Below, in pieces: positions 20,584 through 31,322 of a stretch of DNA of 64,000 bases. The stretch is taken from assembly GCA_963712475.1 (NCBI GenBank), contig CAVQIA010000006.1, forward strand, positions 70,290 through 134,289, in the 5' to 3' direction. The stretch comes from an uncultured Chloroflexia bacterium. Lineage in GTDB: Bacteria > Chloroflexota > Anaerolineae > Anaerolineales > RBG-16-64-43. The translations under genes and the position numbers were made by a program. The stretch's first letter is position 1; each line of letters begins with the position of its first letter. The notes below the pieces were generated by a model. The model worked only from the letters and a program-made list of their open reading frames with translations, was not told where the DNA came from and made no database searches.

Positions 20584-22908
20584 GTGAGCACAACGCCACG
20601 CCAGCCCGGTCGAGCCCTCCCCCTTGTCACCCCCCTTGGGCGGCACGCGCTACGTCTCACCTCGGCGGGCGACACCGGGGGCGGCGGCTCACCGGGCAGG
20701 CGATGGATCGACGAGGTGCTGCCGGGGCTTGCGGCCGTGGCGGGCACGCCAAGCGAGCTGACGGCGAGAGCCGGCGGCCAGGGTGTGCAGGTCGACGGGC
20801 CGGGCGGCCAACCCTTGTTGACAATTCGTGAGCTGCGTGAGGCTCTTCATGGAGCGATACGCCTCACAATCGCTAGCGAGCCCGGCGAGAAGTTCTACGG
20901 CTGGGGGGAACGATTCGACCGCTTTGCCCGATGGCAGGGCGTGGTACGCCTGAGCGCACGCGAATCACCCGCCTTCACTCAGCAGCGCCAGTCTTATTCG
21001 GCCATTCCATTCATCGCCAGCAGCCGCGGTTACGCGCTGCTCCTGCTCAATAGCCATGCGAGCACCTGGCGACTTCGGCCCGAGCGTGCTCGCCTCGAGG
21101 TGACCGCCGACGGCCCAGGGGCGGATTGTGTCGTGATCGCTGGGCCAACCTTCAAAGAGATCCTCACCACCTACACTGCGCTCACCGGCCGCCCCTCGCT
21201 GCCTCCGCGCTGGGCGCTCGGGCTGTGGGCAACCGAATTCCCACAAGAAGGCGAGCAAGCGGTGCTTGATCATGTCGAGGCGCACCGCGCGCACCGCATC
21301 CCCTTGGATGCGGTGATCCTCGACTACCACTGGGAGGAACACTTCCACAACTTTCGTTGGCGCTCATCGCTCTTCCCTTCCCCGGCGCGCATGATCCGGC
21401 ATCTTCGGGCGATGGGTGTGCGCTTGGGTTTGATATTCACCCCATTCCTCAACACGCGGCACGGACGCCTCAAGAAGCGAATCTTCAACCTCTATATCCA
21501 CAGCGTTCCGAGCGAGCGTTTGATGGACGATGAACGGGACCTCGCCGGCTGGGAGGAAGCGCGCCGCCAGGGATTCCTGGCGCATGAGAACACGCCGTGG
21601 TGGTTCGGCGGGGGCGGCATGCTCGACTTCACCAACCCGGCGGCGGCCGACTGGTGGAACGCGCGACTGCGCCCGCTCTACGACCAAGGCGTGGCCTTCT
21701 TCAAGAACGACGACGGAGAATACGTGCCGCCTGACGCGCGCTCGCATCTGGGGCTGGCCGGCGACGAACTGCACAATCTCTATGGGTTCTTCTACGGGCG
21801 GGCCGTTTACGAAGGCATGCACGCGCTCGATGACCGCCGGCCACTCGTGTACTCGCGCTCGGCATGGGCTGGCTCCCAGCGCTTCCCGGGGCTGTTCCTC
21901 GGCGACCAAACGCCGACCTTCCATCACATGCGTGCCACGTTGCGAGCCGGGCTCAACATGAGCCTGGCGGGCTTCACGTGGTGGGGAGCGGATATCTTCG
22001 GCCTCTCGGGCCGGACGACCCCCGAAACTCACATGCGCTACGCGCAGTGGGCGATGCTCAATCCGCTGGCGCGCTACTTCTGGCGGCCGGCCGCCCTCGA
22101 CGATTCCCGGCTGCCCTGGTCGCACGGCGTGCGCGCCGAAGAGAACTTCCGGCGCATGGCGGAGTTGCGCTATCGTTTGATGCCGTACATGTATGCACTC
22201 GCCTGGGAGGCCTACCTCACGGGCGTGCCCATGATCCGGCCGATGATGCTGGAGTTTCCCGCGCAGGCCTCACTGCGCGAGGTGGACGACCAGTACATGC
22301 TCGGCGATGCCCTGCTCGCAGCGCCCGTCCTGGAATCGGGTGCGCGTTCACGTCGCGTAGCCTTTCCGCCGGGTGATTGGTATGACTTCTGGTCGGGGGA
22401 AGGCCACCACGGTCCCGAGGATGTCGTTTGCCCGGCTCCGCTCGAGCGGTTGCCGCTCTTCGTTCGCGGAGGCGCCTTGCTCCCGATGGGCCCGCCGCTC
22501 GGGAGTATCCCCGATTCGCACGTGTTCGACGAACTCTCACTGCATGCCTGGCCACCCTACACCGGCGCGGCGTCGGTGTACGACGACGACGGTCGAACGC
22601 GGGCGTACGAACGCGGCGACTTCAGCCGCATGCGCATTGAATGTTCGCAGGAAGAGCAGCATCTGCGGTTGCGCGTGCATCCGACTGCCGGCATGTTTGC
22701 GGGCCGACCAGCATCGATCAAGATGGAGGCGGTCTTGCATCGCGCGCGTGCCCCAATCACGGTGGGGGCAGGGGATCGGCCAGCCCGCGAGTGGGCGTAT
22801 GACCACGCGAGCCAAGAGCTTCGCCTGAATTGGGAATGCAACCCCAACCTGGGTTATGAACTGATGATCGGCTGGCCGCCAGGGTCCGCATCGCCTGCTG
22901 CCGCATGA
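20584..22908 (+). CDS. Glycoside hydrolase family 31 (alpha-glucosidase/alpha-xylosidase-like)
   Basis: 774 aa with GH31 blocks: FYGWGERFDRF, IPLDAVILDYHW, the nucleophile region VAFFKNDDGEY, SRSAWAGSQRFPGLFLGDQ and FTWWGADIFG. Confidence 0.88.
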   Translation: MSTTPRQPGRALPLVTPLGRHALRLTSAGDTGGGGSPGRRWIDEVLPGLAAVAGTPSELTARAGGQGVQVDGPGGQPLLTIRELREALHGAIRLTIASEPGEKFYGWGERFDRFARWQGVVRLSARESPAFTQQRQSYSAIPFIASSRGYALLLLNSHASTWRLRPERARLEVTADGPGADCVVIAGPTFKEILTTYTALTGRPSLPPRWALGLWATEFPQEGEQAVLDHVEAHRAHRIPLDAVILDYHWEEHFHNFRWRSSLFPSPARMIRHLRAMGVRLGLIFTPFLNTRHGRLKKRIFNLYIHSVPSERLMDDERDLAGWEEARRQGFLAHENTPWWFGGGGMLDFTNPAAADWWNARLRPLYDQGVAFFKNDDGEYVPPDARSHLGLAGDELHNLYGFFYGRAVYEGMHALDDRRPLVYSRSAWAGSQRFPGLFLGDQTPTFHHMRATLRAGLNMSLAGFTWWGADIFGLSGRTTPETHMRYAQWAMLNPLARYFWRPAALDDSRLPWSHGVRAEENFRRMAELRYRLMPYMYALAWEAYLTGVPMIRPMMLEFPAQASLREVDDQYMLGDALLAAPVLESGARSRRVAFPPGDWYDFWSGEGHHGPEDVVCPAPLERLPLFVRGGALLPMGPPLGSIPDSHVFDELSLHAWPPYTGAASVYDDDGRTRAYERGDFSRMRIECSQEEQHLRLRVHPTAGMFAGRPASIKMEAVLHRARAPITVGAGDRPAREWAYDHASQELRLNWECNPNLGYELMIGWPPGSASPAAA

Positions 22909-22962
22909 CCGGTCGGGCGTGCGCCCAAGGCGTGCCACGAGACATTGAAAAGGAGGCCCACC

Positions 22963-23760
22963 ATGCCCAAGCGTGTGTTGGTCCTGGTCGCCCACCCGGA
23001 CGATGCGGAGTTCTTCGCCGGCGGGACGATTGCTCGATTCGTGGCCGAGGGTGCGCAGGCGCGCTACGTCATCGCCGCCGACGGCCGGCGCGGCTCATTC
23101 ACCCAGCCGAGCGAGGCATTGGCTCACGTGCGCCAGGAGGAAGCGCGGCGCGCGGCACAGGTGTTGGGCGCGCAGCCGCCCATCCTGCTCGGCTTCCCGG
23201 ACTTGGAGCTGGACCAACTGGCGCCGGGTGTGTTGCGCGAACGGTTCATCCACGCCATTCGCGGGTTCCGGCCAGATGCGCTCATCGCGGAGGACCCCTT
23301 CGCCCTGGGCGAACCGCATCCGGACCACCGTGCGGTTGCGATGGCGGCGGCCGAGGCGGTCTCCTTCTCTATGCTGCCGCTCATGCACCCTGAGCACGGC
23401 GAGGTGGGCCTCGAGCCGCACTTTGTGACCGAGAAGTACTACTACGCCGAGAGCGGCGGCGCTCCCGACAAGATCATCGATATCACCTCGACCCTCGAGC
23501 GCAAACTGGCGGCGCTGGCGGAACACAAGAGCCAGATGGAATTCCTCGTCGAAGACGTGCGGCGGCAGGCGGAATTGGCCGGGCTAGACTTGCGCACGCT
23601 GCTCGGTGAGGCCGCCGGTGATCCGATGGTGGCGGTAGGCTGGGCGATGCGCTCGCAGGCAGCCGAGGTCGGGCAAAGAGCCGGATACGCCTACGGCGAG
23701 GCGTTTCGCTTTGCGCGCTTTCACCCGTTTGTCGAGGGGCTGCTGGGTTCGGCCTCCTAG
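22963..23760 (+). CDS. PIG-L/LmbE family N-acetylglucosaminyl deacetylase
   Basis: VLVLVAHPDDAEFFAGGT is the family signature, and HPDHRAV is also present. The start is the ATG at residue 7 of ORF 22945..23760, preceded by AGGAGG. Confidence 0.85.
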   Translation: MPKRVLVLVAHPDDAEFFAGGTIARFVAEGAQARYVIAADGRRGSFTQPSEALAHVRQEEARRAAQVLGAQPPILLGFPDLELDQLAPGVLRERFIHAIRGFRPDALIAEDPFALGEPHPDHRAVAMAAAEAVSFSMLPLMHPEHGEVGLEPHFVTEKYYYAESGGAPDKIIDITSTLERKLAALAEHKSQMEFLVEDVRRQAELAGLDLRTLLGEAAGDPMVAVGWAMRSQAAEVGQRAGYAYGEAFRFARFHPFVEGLLGSAS

Positions 23761-23874
23761 CCGGCGGCCGGAGCCCTCCGCCCGCCCGCGCGAACTCGCG
23801 GCGTTCGAGGCTATACTCTGCGCCAACGCGTCGCAGTCGCCTACCGATCCGTCACAGGTTTCGAGGAGGATGGC

Positions 23875-25175
23875 ATGCGCAAACGCTCCGGCTATCGCTG
23901 GTTCGTGGTTGTGGTCTTCTTCCTTTTCATGTTCTTGCACCAGACAGACCGCCTGATGATCGGCTCGATGCAGGTGCCGATCATGGGCGAATTCAAGATC
24001 TCGGATTCGCAGTGGGGCCTGGTCAACACCGGGGCGCTGGTTGTCGCCACACTGCTCTATCCACTGTGGGGATACCTTTACGACCGCTACGCCCGTTCCA
24101 AACTGCTGGCCCTGGCCTCTCTCATTTGGGGCCTCACCACCTGGATCAGCTCCCTCGTCCGCGTGTTCCCGGCCTTTGTGGCCACGCGCGCCTCGACGGG
24201 CATCGACGACTCATCCTACCCCGGGCTGTACTCGCTCGTGGCCGATTACTTCGGCCCCGGCCTGCGCGGGCGAGTGTACGGGTTGCTGCAGGTGGCCCAG
24301 CCGCTAGGCTACCTGGCCGGCATGGTCCTGGCGCTGATGGTGGCGCCGATGATCGGCGGCTGGCGTTCGGTCTTCTACATCACCGGCTCGCTCGGGCTGG
24401 TGATCGCGGTGCTCATTTTCTTCGGAGTGAAGGAAATGCCGCGCGGCAAGGCCGAACCCGAGTTCGCCGGCATCCAGGAATACCAACAATTCCGCTTCTC
24501 CTGGGCAGAAGCCAAGCTCGCCGTGCAGAAGCGGTCGATGTGGTTTGTGTTCGCCCAGGGTTTTGCCGGGGTCTTCCCGTGGAACGTGATCACGTTCTTC
24601 TTCTTCGGATACCTGATCCGGGAACGCGGCTACGACAACAACTCGGTCCTGTTCACCATGGCCCCGGTCATCCTGGTCCTGGCCCTGGGCTATTTCGTGG
24701 GCGGGGGGCTCGGCGACTGGCTGTTCAAGCGCACCCTCAACGGCCGCATCATCATCTCGAGCGTCGGTGTGATCGTGGGGGCGGTTTTCCTGTTCCTCGC
24801 GATTCAAACACCTGTGGAAAACCGCAGCCAGTTCTTCGCGCTGATGCTCGGCACGGCCATCTTCATGCCGTTTTCCTCACCCAACGTGATCGCAACGATA
24901 TTCGATGTCACCACCCCGAGGTGCGGTCGACGACCCAGGCGGTGGAGTACTTCATCGAGAACTCGGGCGCGGCCATGGCCCCGCTGCTGGCGGGCATCGT
25001 GGCGGATGCCACGAACCTGAAGACGGCCATACTGTGGATATGCATTTCCACCTGGGTGTTGTGCTTCGTCATCTACCTGGGCGCACTGTTCTTCATCCCC
25101 AAGGACATACAGGCTTTGCGCGCGGAGATGAAGCGCCGCGCCGATGTCGAGCGGGCGAAGCCGGCGGCGGGGTAA
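23875..25175 (+). pseudogene. MFS transporter (Spinster-like) interrupted by one frameshift (about 24905-24915)
   Basis: ORF 23875..25020 is a clean MFS until ...ATIFDVTTP. The text then degenerates, while the C-terminal part of ORF 24012..25175 continues as EVRSTTQAVEYFIENSGAAMAPLLAGIVAD.... The junction lies on a C-run (accaccccgagg). Confidence 0.8.
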
Positions 25176-25388
25176 GAACGCGAGCTTCACCGTTGAGAAC
25201 ACGGGGACCGCAGATAACTCGGCGGGCGTAGACCGAGTCCCTCGGAGGTCGGGCGCTGGAGGTAACGACTGGCGCAGGGGCGGACCAGCCCCTTTCCCGC
25301 CCAGGAAGACCGACTGAACCGGTCTCGGTGTTCTCCTTGACCTCAGTGGTGAGGCTCTTTCCTCGGACTGTAGGAGTGGGGCTCGTTC

Positions 25389-26760
25389 ATGAAGATCGCG
25401 ATCCTTGGCGGGGGAGGTATGCGCACCCCGCTGCTCGTGCAAGCGTTGCTCATCCGCCAGGATCGCCTGGGCGTCGACGAGCTCGCCTTGATGGATACGG
25501 ATGGCGAGCGGCTGGAACTGATGCGTCTCGTCGCGCAGGCCGCCAACGCGGCCAGCCCGCGCGCCCTGCGCCTCACGCACACCACCCGGGCGCGCGACGC
25601 TCTCCAGGACGCAGATTTCGTCATTACCACGTTCCGCGTGGGTGGGATCGAATCGCGGGTGATCGACGAGCGCGTGCCGCTGGCCCACGGTGTCCTCGGC
25701 CAAGAAACGACCGGCCCAGGCGGGTTTGCCATGGCGGTGCGCACGCTGCCGGTCTTGTTCGACTACTTGCAGTTGATGCGCGAGTTGTGCCCCCAGGCTT
25801 GGCTCATCAACTTCGCCAACCCCGCCGGCCTGCTGACCGAGGCCCTGCGCGGCGCCGGCGGCTGGGAGCGGGCGGTGGGGATCTGCGATGCGCCCAGCAC
25901 CATGCAGCGCGTGGCAGCGGCCATGCTCGGCGCGACGCCCGAGCGAGTGCACATCGACTATTTCGGCCTCAACCACCTGGGTTGGGTGCGCTCGCTGACG
26001 CACGAGGGAAAGGACATGCTGCCGCAGTTTATCCGCATGCTGCGCGATGGCGCCACGCTGCCCGGCCTGCCCTTCGATTCGAATCTCGTGGCCGAACTCG
26101 GCCTGATCCCGAACGAGTACCTGTTCTACTACTACCACGCGCGCGAGGCGGTGGCGAACATCCTGCGCGGAGAAGAAACCCGCGGCGAATACCTGGTGCG
26201 CATCAACCGGGACCTGCTCGCGGCGCTGCGCGCTCACGCCGCGCGCGGCGAGCCCGCCGAGATGGTGGCCGCTTACAGGGCTTACATGCGCCAGCGTGGG
26301 CACACCTACATGGCCGGAGAAACCGGGCAAACCGATTGGCTTGCCAAGGTTGACCCGGCAGCCGCCGAGGCGCTGGCCTCCGAAGGCTATGCCGGCGTGG
26401 CGCTGGATGTGATAGAAGCCCTGCGCGGCACCACACCCACGCGTGATGGTGCTCAACATCCCGAACGCGGGAGCGATTCATGGCATGGGCACGCGGGATG
26501 TCGTCGAAATCCCGGCCATGGTCAGTGCGGACTCCATACGCCCATTGGCGGTGGGTGAGATTCCTGCGCACTGCCTGGGGTTGATGCTGCAGGTGAAGGC
26601 CTTCGAACAGGGCACGATCCGGGCGGCGCTTGACCACTCGTACAACCAAGCGGTGAGCGCGCTGGCCCTTCACCCGCTGGTGGGCGATGCCCGGCTGGCG
26701 CGCGTCCTGGTGGATGAATACCGGCAGCGTCATGGTGCGCTCTTCCCCGAATTGAAATGA
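25389..26760 (+). pseudogene. Glycoside hydrolase family 4 (NAD/Mn-dependent 6-phospho-glucosidase/alpha-glucosidase-like) interrupted by one frameshift (about 26435-26450)
   Basis: The N-terminus [17 protein letters not shown] and the ICDAP and NHLGW blocks are GH4-like (ORF 25389..26558). The C-terminal quarter continues in ORF 26443..26760 (VLNIPNAGAIHGMGTRDVVEIPAMV...). Confidence 0.8.
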
Positions 26761-26791
26761 CCCCATCCTGCCTGCCCGAGGTCGATCTACG

Positions 26792-27721
26792 GTGAGCCGC
26801 GCACTGGATGCACTTGTGCTCGGAGATTACTCGCTGGACCTCATCTTCACCGGCGTGCCGAAGTTGCCCGAACTCGGCGTGGAGGTGGTCGCCGGCGGAT
26901 TCGACTATCTACCCGGCGGTGGAGGCTTCACGTGCGCGGTGTCAATGGCGCGCCTGGGGCTCAACGTAGGGTGGGCCGTGGATTTTGGCGACGATCCGAT
27001 GAGCGCCTTCGTTCGCCGGCGGGCGATCGAGGAAGGCTTGGATGCGTCGCTGTTCGTCGATCACGCCCGCCCGTTGCGCCGCATCACCGTCGCGGCCTCC
27101 TTCCCCGCGGACCGCGCCTTCCTCGCATTCTATGACCCCGATCCTGCGGTCCCGGCGGCAATGCGAGCGCTGGCCACCGCCTCGCCGCGGCTGGTGTTCG
27201 TCCCGGGCGTCTACCATGGTCCGCTGCTCCTGCCCGCTCGCAGCCTCATGCGCCTGCGCGGCATCAAGCTGGTGATGGATGGCAACTCGACCGAAGATAC
27301 GCAACTGAGTGTGCCCTCGGTGCGCCAAGCCATTGGCTCGGCCGACGTCTTCATGCCCAACGCGCTCGAGGCGCGCCGCCTCACGGGCGAAGCCGACCTG
27401 GAGCGAGCAATGACGCGGCTCGTGGAGTTGTGCCCGTTGGTGATCATCAAGGATGGCGCGCAGGGCGCGTGGGCGCAAGCACGCGGCAGCGAGATGATCC
27501 ACGCCTCAGCGCTTCAGGTCGAGCCGGTGGATACGACCGGCTCAGGCGACGCCTTCGACGCAGGGTTTCTGACCGCATGGTTGGAGCACCGCCCCCTGGC
27601 AACGTGCCTGGCTTGGGGCAACATCGTCGGCGGGCTCTCAACGCTCGCCCCCGGCGGCACCGCTGTGCGCACCGCTCGCCAGGATGTCGAGTCGCGACTG
27701 CCTCCGCATCGCCCCACCTGA
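26792..27721 (+). CDS. PfkB-family carbohydrate kinase
   Basis: 309 aa with a GTG start. It has the ribokinase-like fold pattern with the C-terminal signature DTTGSGDAFDAGFL. Confidence 0.85.
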   Translation: MSRALDALVLGDYSLDLIFTGVPKLPELGVEVVAGGFDYLPGGGGFTCAVSMARLGLNVGWAVDFGDDPMSAFVRRRAIEEGLDASLFVDHARPLRRITVAASFPADRAFLAFYDPDPAVPAAMRALATASPRLVFVPGVYHGPLLLPARSLMRLRGIKLVMDGNSTEDTQLSVPSVRQAIGSADVFMPNALEARRLTGEADLERAMTRLVELCPLVIIKDGAQGAWAQARGSEMIHASALQVEPVDTTGSGDAFDAGFLTAWLEHRPLATCLAWGNIVGGLSTLAPGGTAVRTARQDVESRLPPHRPT

Positions 27722-27936
27722 CCTCCCCTCAACGTATCGCATTCGCCTCAGCGTTCAATCTGCGGGCAGGGCCGCTTCTTCCGAGAGGGCATAGCACGCA
27801 TTACGAGTGCCTGCATGCGCGGGGTACGCGCATGTGTCCCGCGCACCGCTCGAGGCCAGGCTGGGAAGGCATGGCGCCCCGTCGCCAACAGCCAAAAAGA
27901 CCTTTGCCGCCGCTGAAATCCACCGCCCACATTAAC

Positions 27937-27965
27937 TTGACAAAAAAGGCTATAATGCTACTAAT
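27937..27965 (+). promoter_or_regulatory. Candidate sigma-70-like promoter in an AT-rich island upstream of the lipoprotein gene
   Basis: TTGACA at 27937-27942, 17 nt, then ACTAAT at 27960-27965. The perfect TATAAT at 27951-27956 is only 8 nt from the -35 and cannot pair with it. The island (attaacttgacaaaaaaggctataatgctactaataacatt) stands out against the GC-rich background. Confidence 0.35.
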
Positions 27966-28005
27966 AACATTCGAGCCGTCACTATTCTCAGAGAGAAGGT
28001 GCTGG

Positions 28006-29914
28006 ATGTCTCGCAAAGGCAAGCTGATCGCGGTTGTCTCCGCAGCCGGAGTCCTCCTGATGAGCTGCAGTCTCTTGGGAGCACCGAAGGCATCCTCCCT
28101 CGACGCCGACGCATTGTTCGACGCTCCATCCGATCCGCTGAACCTCGACGTTTCGTTGGCGGAGTCGCACGCCGTCTCGCAGGTCTTCGCCTCCGACGGC
28201 GGCACCATCTCGACGACGGGAGAGGATGGCACGCGTTACTCGCTCGAGATTCCGGCCGGCGCCCTTTACGCTCCGGTCGAGGTCACCATGACGCCGGCCG
28301 CGAGCGTCGGCGGGTTGCCGTTTGGCGAAGGGTCGACGGTCGCCGTGCAGCTCGAGCCGGAGGGGCTGCGCTTCAGCGATGTGGCGATCCTGACGATCGA
28401 GACGCCCAACCCCATCCCGCTCGACCAGCAGGTCTTCTTCGGCTTCAGAGAAGGCGGCCAGGATTTCCACTTCGTCCCGATGGTGCTGGACACCGCTGAA
28501 CTCAAGATCCCCATCACGCATTTCAGCGGCTATGGCGTGAGCAAGGGCTTGTTGGCGGATATCGAGCCCGTGCGCACGCGTATCGCCGGGGATGCGGAGG
28601 CGCGGCTCACCAGTGCCTTGGCACAGGAGCTGGCCGCGGAGCACGAGTGGCAAGCTCTCAAGGGAGACAAGGCGGACCCCGCCGGGTTCTACGATCTCGT
28701 GACCTCTTACAGTGTGAAGTACTACCAGGAGGTTCTCAAGCCGAGGCTGGACGCGGCCGGCAAATCGTGCGCGGCAGGTCAACTGGCACTTCAGACGTAT
28801 TTGGGCATTGGAGCGGCAGTTGAAGCTGCTGGGTGTGACGGATGGCCTTGCCGGCCTTTTGCGCCAGGCAGGATTGGGCGCGGAAGCCAACCGCGTCGAC
28901 AAGATCGACGATGTCCTGCTCGAGGTCGGGTCCGTCTGTCTGCAGGAGGAGTACGAGCTGTGTCGCGACGAGCACATCCTCCACCGCATTGTTCCGGTCG
29001 TGCTGGGCATCATGCGCCAAAGTGAGTTGCTCGGCAACAAGAGCCCGGCCATGGAGCAAGTCATCGAGAAGGGCAAGGAGCTCGCTGGCCGGTGCCTGAA
29101 TTTCGAGCTCGAGTTCGAGTCGGAAGTCAAAGGCACGCTCGGCACGATGACCTACACTTCGAGTATGACTTCCAAGGTGCCGATCCACTTCAAGTGGGAT
29201 GGGGTGCTGGCGGGCGACGCGCTCACCGGCAAGGCGCCTCAGAAGAATGAAGAATTCACGTTGAAGGACGCCATCTGCAGCGTGGTGAGCACCCAGCGAG
29301 GGGGAGCCGAATTCGAAGTGACGGCCCTCGGCTGGGACATCGACTATCGCGGCAAGGATGACAAGGTCGGGTTCGTGCGCGACATGGTGTTGAGTTACGT
29401 CTCGGGCGTCTCGACCGAATCCTATTCGATGCGCTGCCCGGGAGGTGGGACGGCCACCAGCGGCAAGAACAGCGCACTGTGGAGCGGCGCCTACGGAATG
29501 ATCCACGCGGGCGCATGCATGGCGGGCCTGGACGTGCCCGCGCAGCAAGGCGACCCCTCCCAGGTGCAGAGTCCGGAACTGCCGGAAGAACTGGGCGACT
29601 TGATGAAGCAGCTTGAAGGGCAAGATCTTGAGTCGATGACTCCCGATCAGATTCTGCAGTTGTTGGCCGCCGCTCAAGAAGCCGGTGGCGACCAGGATCT
29701 GGGGGGATTGGAGTTGGCCCTCTCTGCGCTTCAGCCGGGTGCGGGCGCTGCCACGGTGGGCGGGCTCATCAGGCCGCCGGATCCGGCGGACTGCGCCTCG
29801 ACGCGCGACTGGCAGGTCCCGGCAGGCGAGACCTATGCCACCAAGGAGTGGACACTCTCCAGCGGAGGCATGAAGGACGTGGGTTCCTTCACCCTAAAGC
29901 ACACGCCCTCCTAG
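28006..29914 (+). pseudogene. Large lipoprotein of unknown function, interrupted by one frameshift (about 28800-28812)
   Basis: Lipobox start MSRKGKLIAVVSAAGVLLMSCS at residue 193 of ORF 27430..29025. The sensible text runs to ...LALQTYLGI and continues in ORF 28808..29914 (ERQLKLLGVTDGLAGLLRQAGLG...). The joined length is about 635 aa, and I recognise no family. Confidence 0.6.
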
Positions 29915-29939
29915 GTAGTCATCAGAGGAGCGCCGCAGC

Positions 29940-29971
29940 AAAAGGCGGCCGCCGGATAGGCGGCCGCTTTT
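29940..29971. terminator. Bidirectional-looking terminator hairpin
   Basis: aaaaggcggccgcc-ggat-aggcggccgctttt has a GC-rich 9-bp core stem flanked by an A-tract and a T-tract. It starts 26 nt after the lipoprotein stop. Confidence 0.6.
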
Positions 29972-30173
29972 CGTTGCGACGGGATACCCATCGGCTGCGT
30001 CAGGGGGCCTGGTCGTAGGGCCAGGTTGGGCAAGGTCGGCAAACCTGCAAACAGAATGTCTTCAGGCATGTCCGCAGCTGACCGTCGCTGTGACACTCCC
30101 TCGGCTTCTCCGGCCGCACGAGGCGAGCCTGTTCGCGAGGAGTAGCGCTCAGGAGATGCGGCCCTGACCTCGC

Positions 30174-30215
30174 AGAAGAAGAGAACCCGCCCCTAGGGGC
30201 GGGTTCTCTTCTTCT
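30174..30215. terminator. 42-bp perfect palindrome (20-bp stem) downstream of the minus-strand corrinoid protein gene
   Basis: agaagaagagaacccgcccc-ta-ggggcgggttctcttcttct lies 40 nt beyond the stop of the 30255..30887 (-) gene. Pyrimidine/T-rich tracts follow the stem on both strands. Confidence 0.6.
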
Positions 30216-30254
30216 GGAAGTAGCGATCGAGCCGGAGACGTTGCGAGTCGCCTG

Positions 30255-30887
30255 CTAGACCAGTGACTTGGCCAGTGCCACGGCCCGGCTGGCGTCGGGG
30301 GCGTAGCCATCGGCGCCGATATCCTTGGCAAAGGCATCGGTCACCGGCGCGCCGCCAACCATAATCTTGACACTCTGCCGCACCCCCAGATCTTCCAGCG
30401 CTTCGATGACAGACTTCATGTTCTTCATGGTGGTGGTCAGCAGGGCCGACATCCCCACCAACGTCGCGCCGCTCTCGCGCACCGTGTTGGCGAACTTCTC
30501 GGGCGGTACATCCGTGCCCAGGTCGATGATCTCGAACCCGGCCCCCTCGAGCATCATGGCCACCAGGTTCTTGCCAATGTCGTGCAGATCGCCCTTGACC
30601 GTGCCGATCACGACCTTGCCGCGCATTTTAATGCCGCCCTCGGAGAGACGCGGTTTGAGGATTGCCAGGCCGGACTGCATGGCGCGGGCGGCGATGAGCA
30701 TTTCTGGAACATAGAACTCGCCGCGTTCGAATCGTGCACCCACCTCGCTCATTGGAGCGATCAGGCCGTCGTTGAGGATGGACTGCGGGTCGAGGCCCGC
30801 CTCAATTGCCTCGCGAACTTTGGTCTCCACAACCGCGCGCTTACCCAGGATCACATGTTCGGCGATCTCTTTCAAGAGCGTTTGCAT
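30255..30887 (-). CDS. Corrinoid (cobalamin)-binding protein of a methyltransferase system
   Basis: 210 aa with an N-terminal helical cap and a B12-binding Rossmann domain. The DxHxxG signature is present (GDLHDIGKN), along with GMSALLTTT and MVGGAP blocks, as in MtaC/MtbC proteins and the MetH B12 module. Confidence 0.9.
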   Translation of the reverse strand: MQTLLKEIAEHVILGKRAVVETKVREAIEAGLDPQSILNDGLIAPMSEVGARFERGEFYVPEMLIAARAMQSGLAILKPRLSEGGIKMRGKVVIGTVKGDLHDIGKNLVAMMLEGAGFEIIDLGTDVPPEKFANTVRESGATLVGMSALLTTTMKNMKSVIEALEDLGVRQSVKIMVGGAPVTDAFAKDIGADGYAPDASRAVALAKSLV

Positions 30888-31241
30888 GGGCTTCTCCGTG
30901 ACATGCCTTCAAGAATCTGGATTGTGGATCCAGTAGGAGTGACGACTAACAATGGCTGGGAGATCAGGGAGGTGATTCGGATGGGCGAGCGCACGCGGGG
31001 CAATAATCCGCCGCCGTGATCCTGATGGAACTCGCGCTCGCGCCAGGTAAGTTTGAAATTCGTTCCCAGCACCCAACGATCACCCGCACACACAGTCGCT
31101 TCGCATTGTGAAGGTGGTAACATTCTAGCATTGCGGCCTTGGGGAGTCAATGAAGCCACGCCGCAGATACGACGGCATGGTTCGTGAATCGCCGCCGGGG
31201 GTCTCGAGAATCTACCGCGCGAGAGTCGTGCGGTGCGTGCG

Positions 31242-31270
31242 TTGACACGCGGTAGTGCGTGTGCTAGCAT
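31242..31270 (+). promoter_or_regulatory. Candidate sigma-70-like promoter upstream of the aminotransferase gene
   Basis: TTGACA at 31242-31247, a 17-nt spacer, then TAGCAT at 31265-31270, about 50 nt upstream of the ATG at 31323. Confidence 0.35.
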
Positions 31271-31322
31271 CGAACGGCGCGCCGCAGAATCGACGTGCGC
31301 GACGATAGCAGGAGGCTTCCCT

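Noticed and set aside
27937-27956. Perfect TTGACA and perfect TATAAT hexamers upstream of the lipoprotein gene, considered as a textbook promoter.
   Set aside because: The spacer is only 8 nt, which is incompatible with one sigma-70 promoter. I report instead the TTGACA-N17-ACTAAT combination at low confidence.
30888-31322. A possible cobalamin riboswitch in the divergent region between the corrinoid protein gene and the aminotransferase gene. A segment around 30975-31060 reads agggaggtgattcgga...aataatccgccgccgtgatcc.
   Set aside because: I could not find a B12-box-like element (the GCCACTG-type core) on either strand, and the resemblance is limited to short G-rich words. A covariance-model scan would be needed, so I do not claim it.
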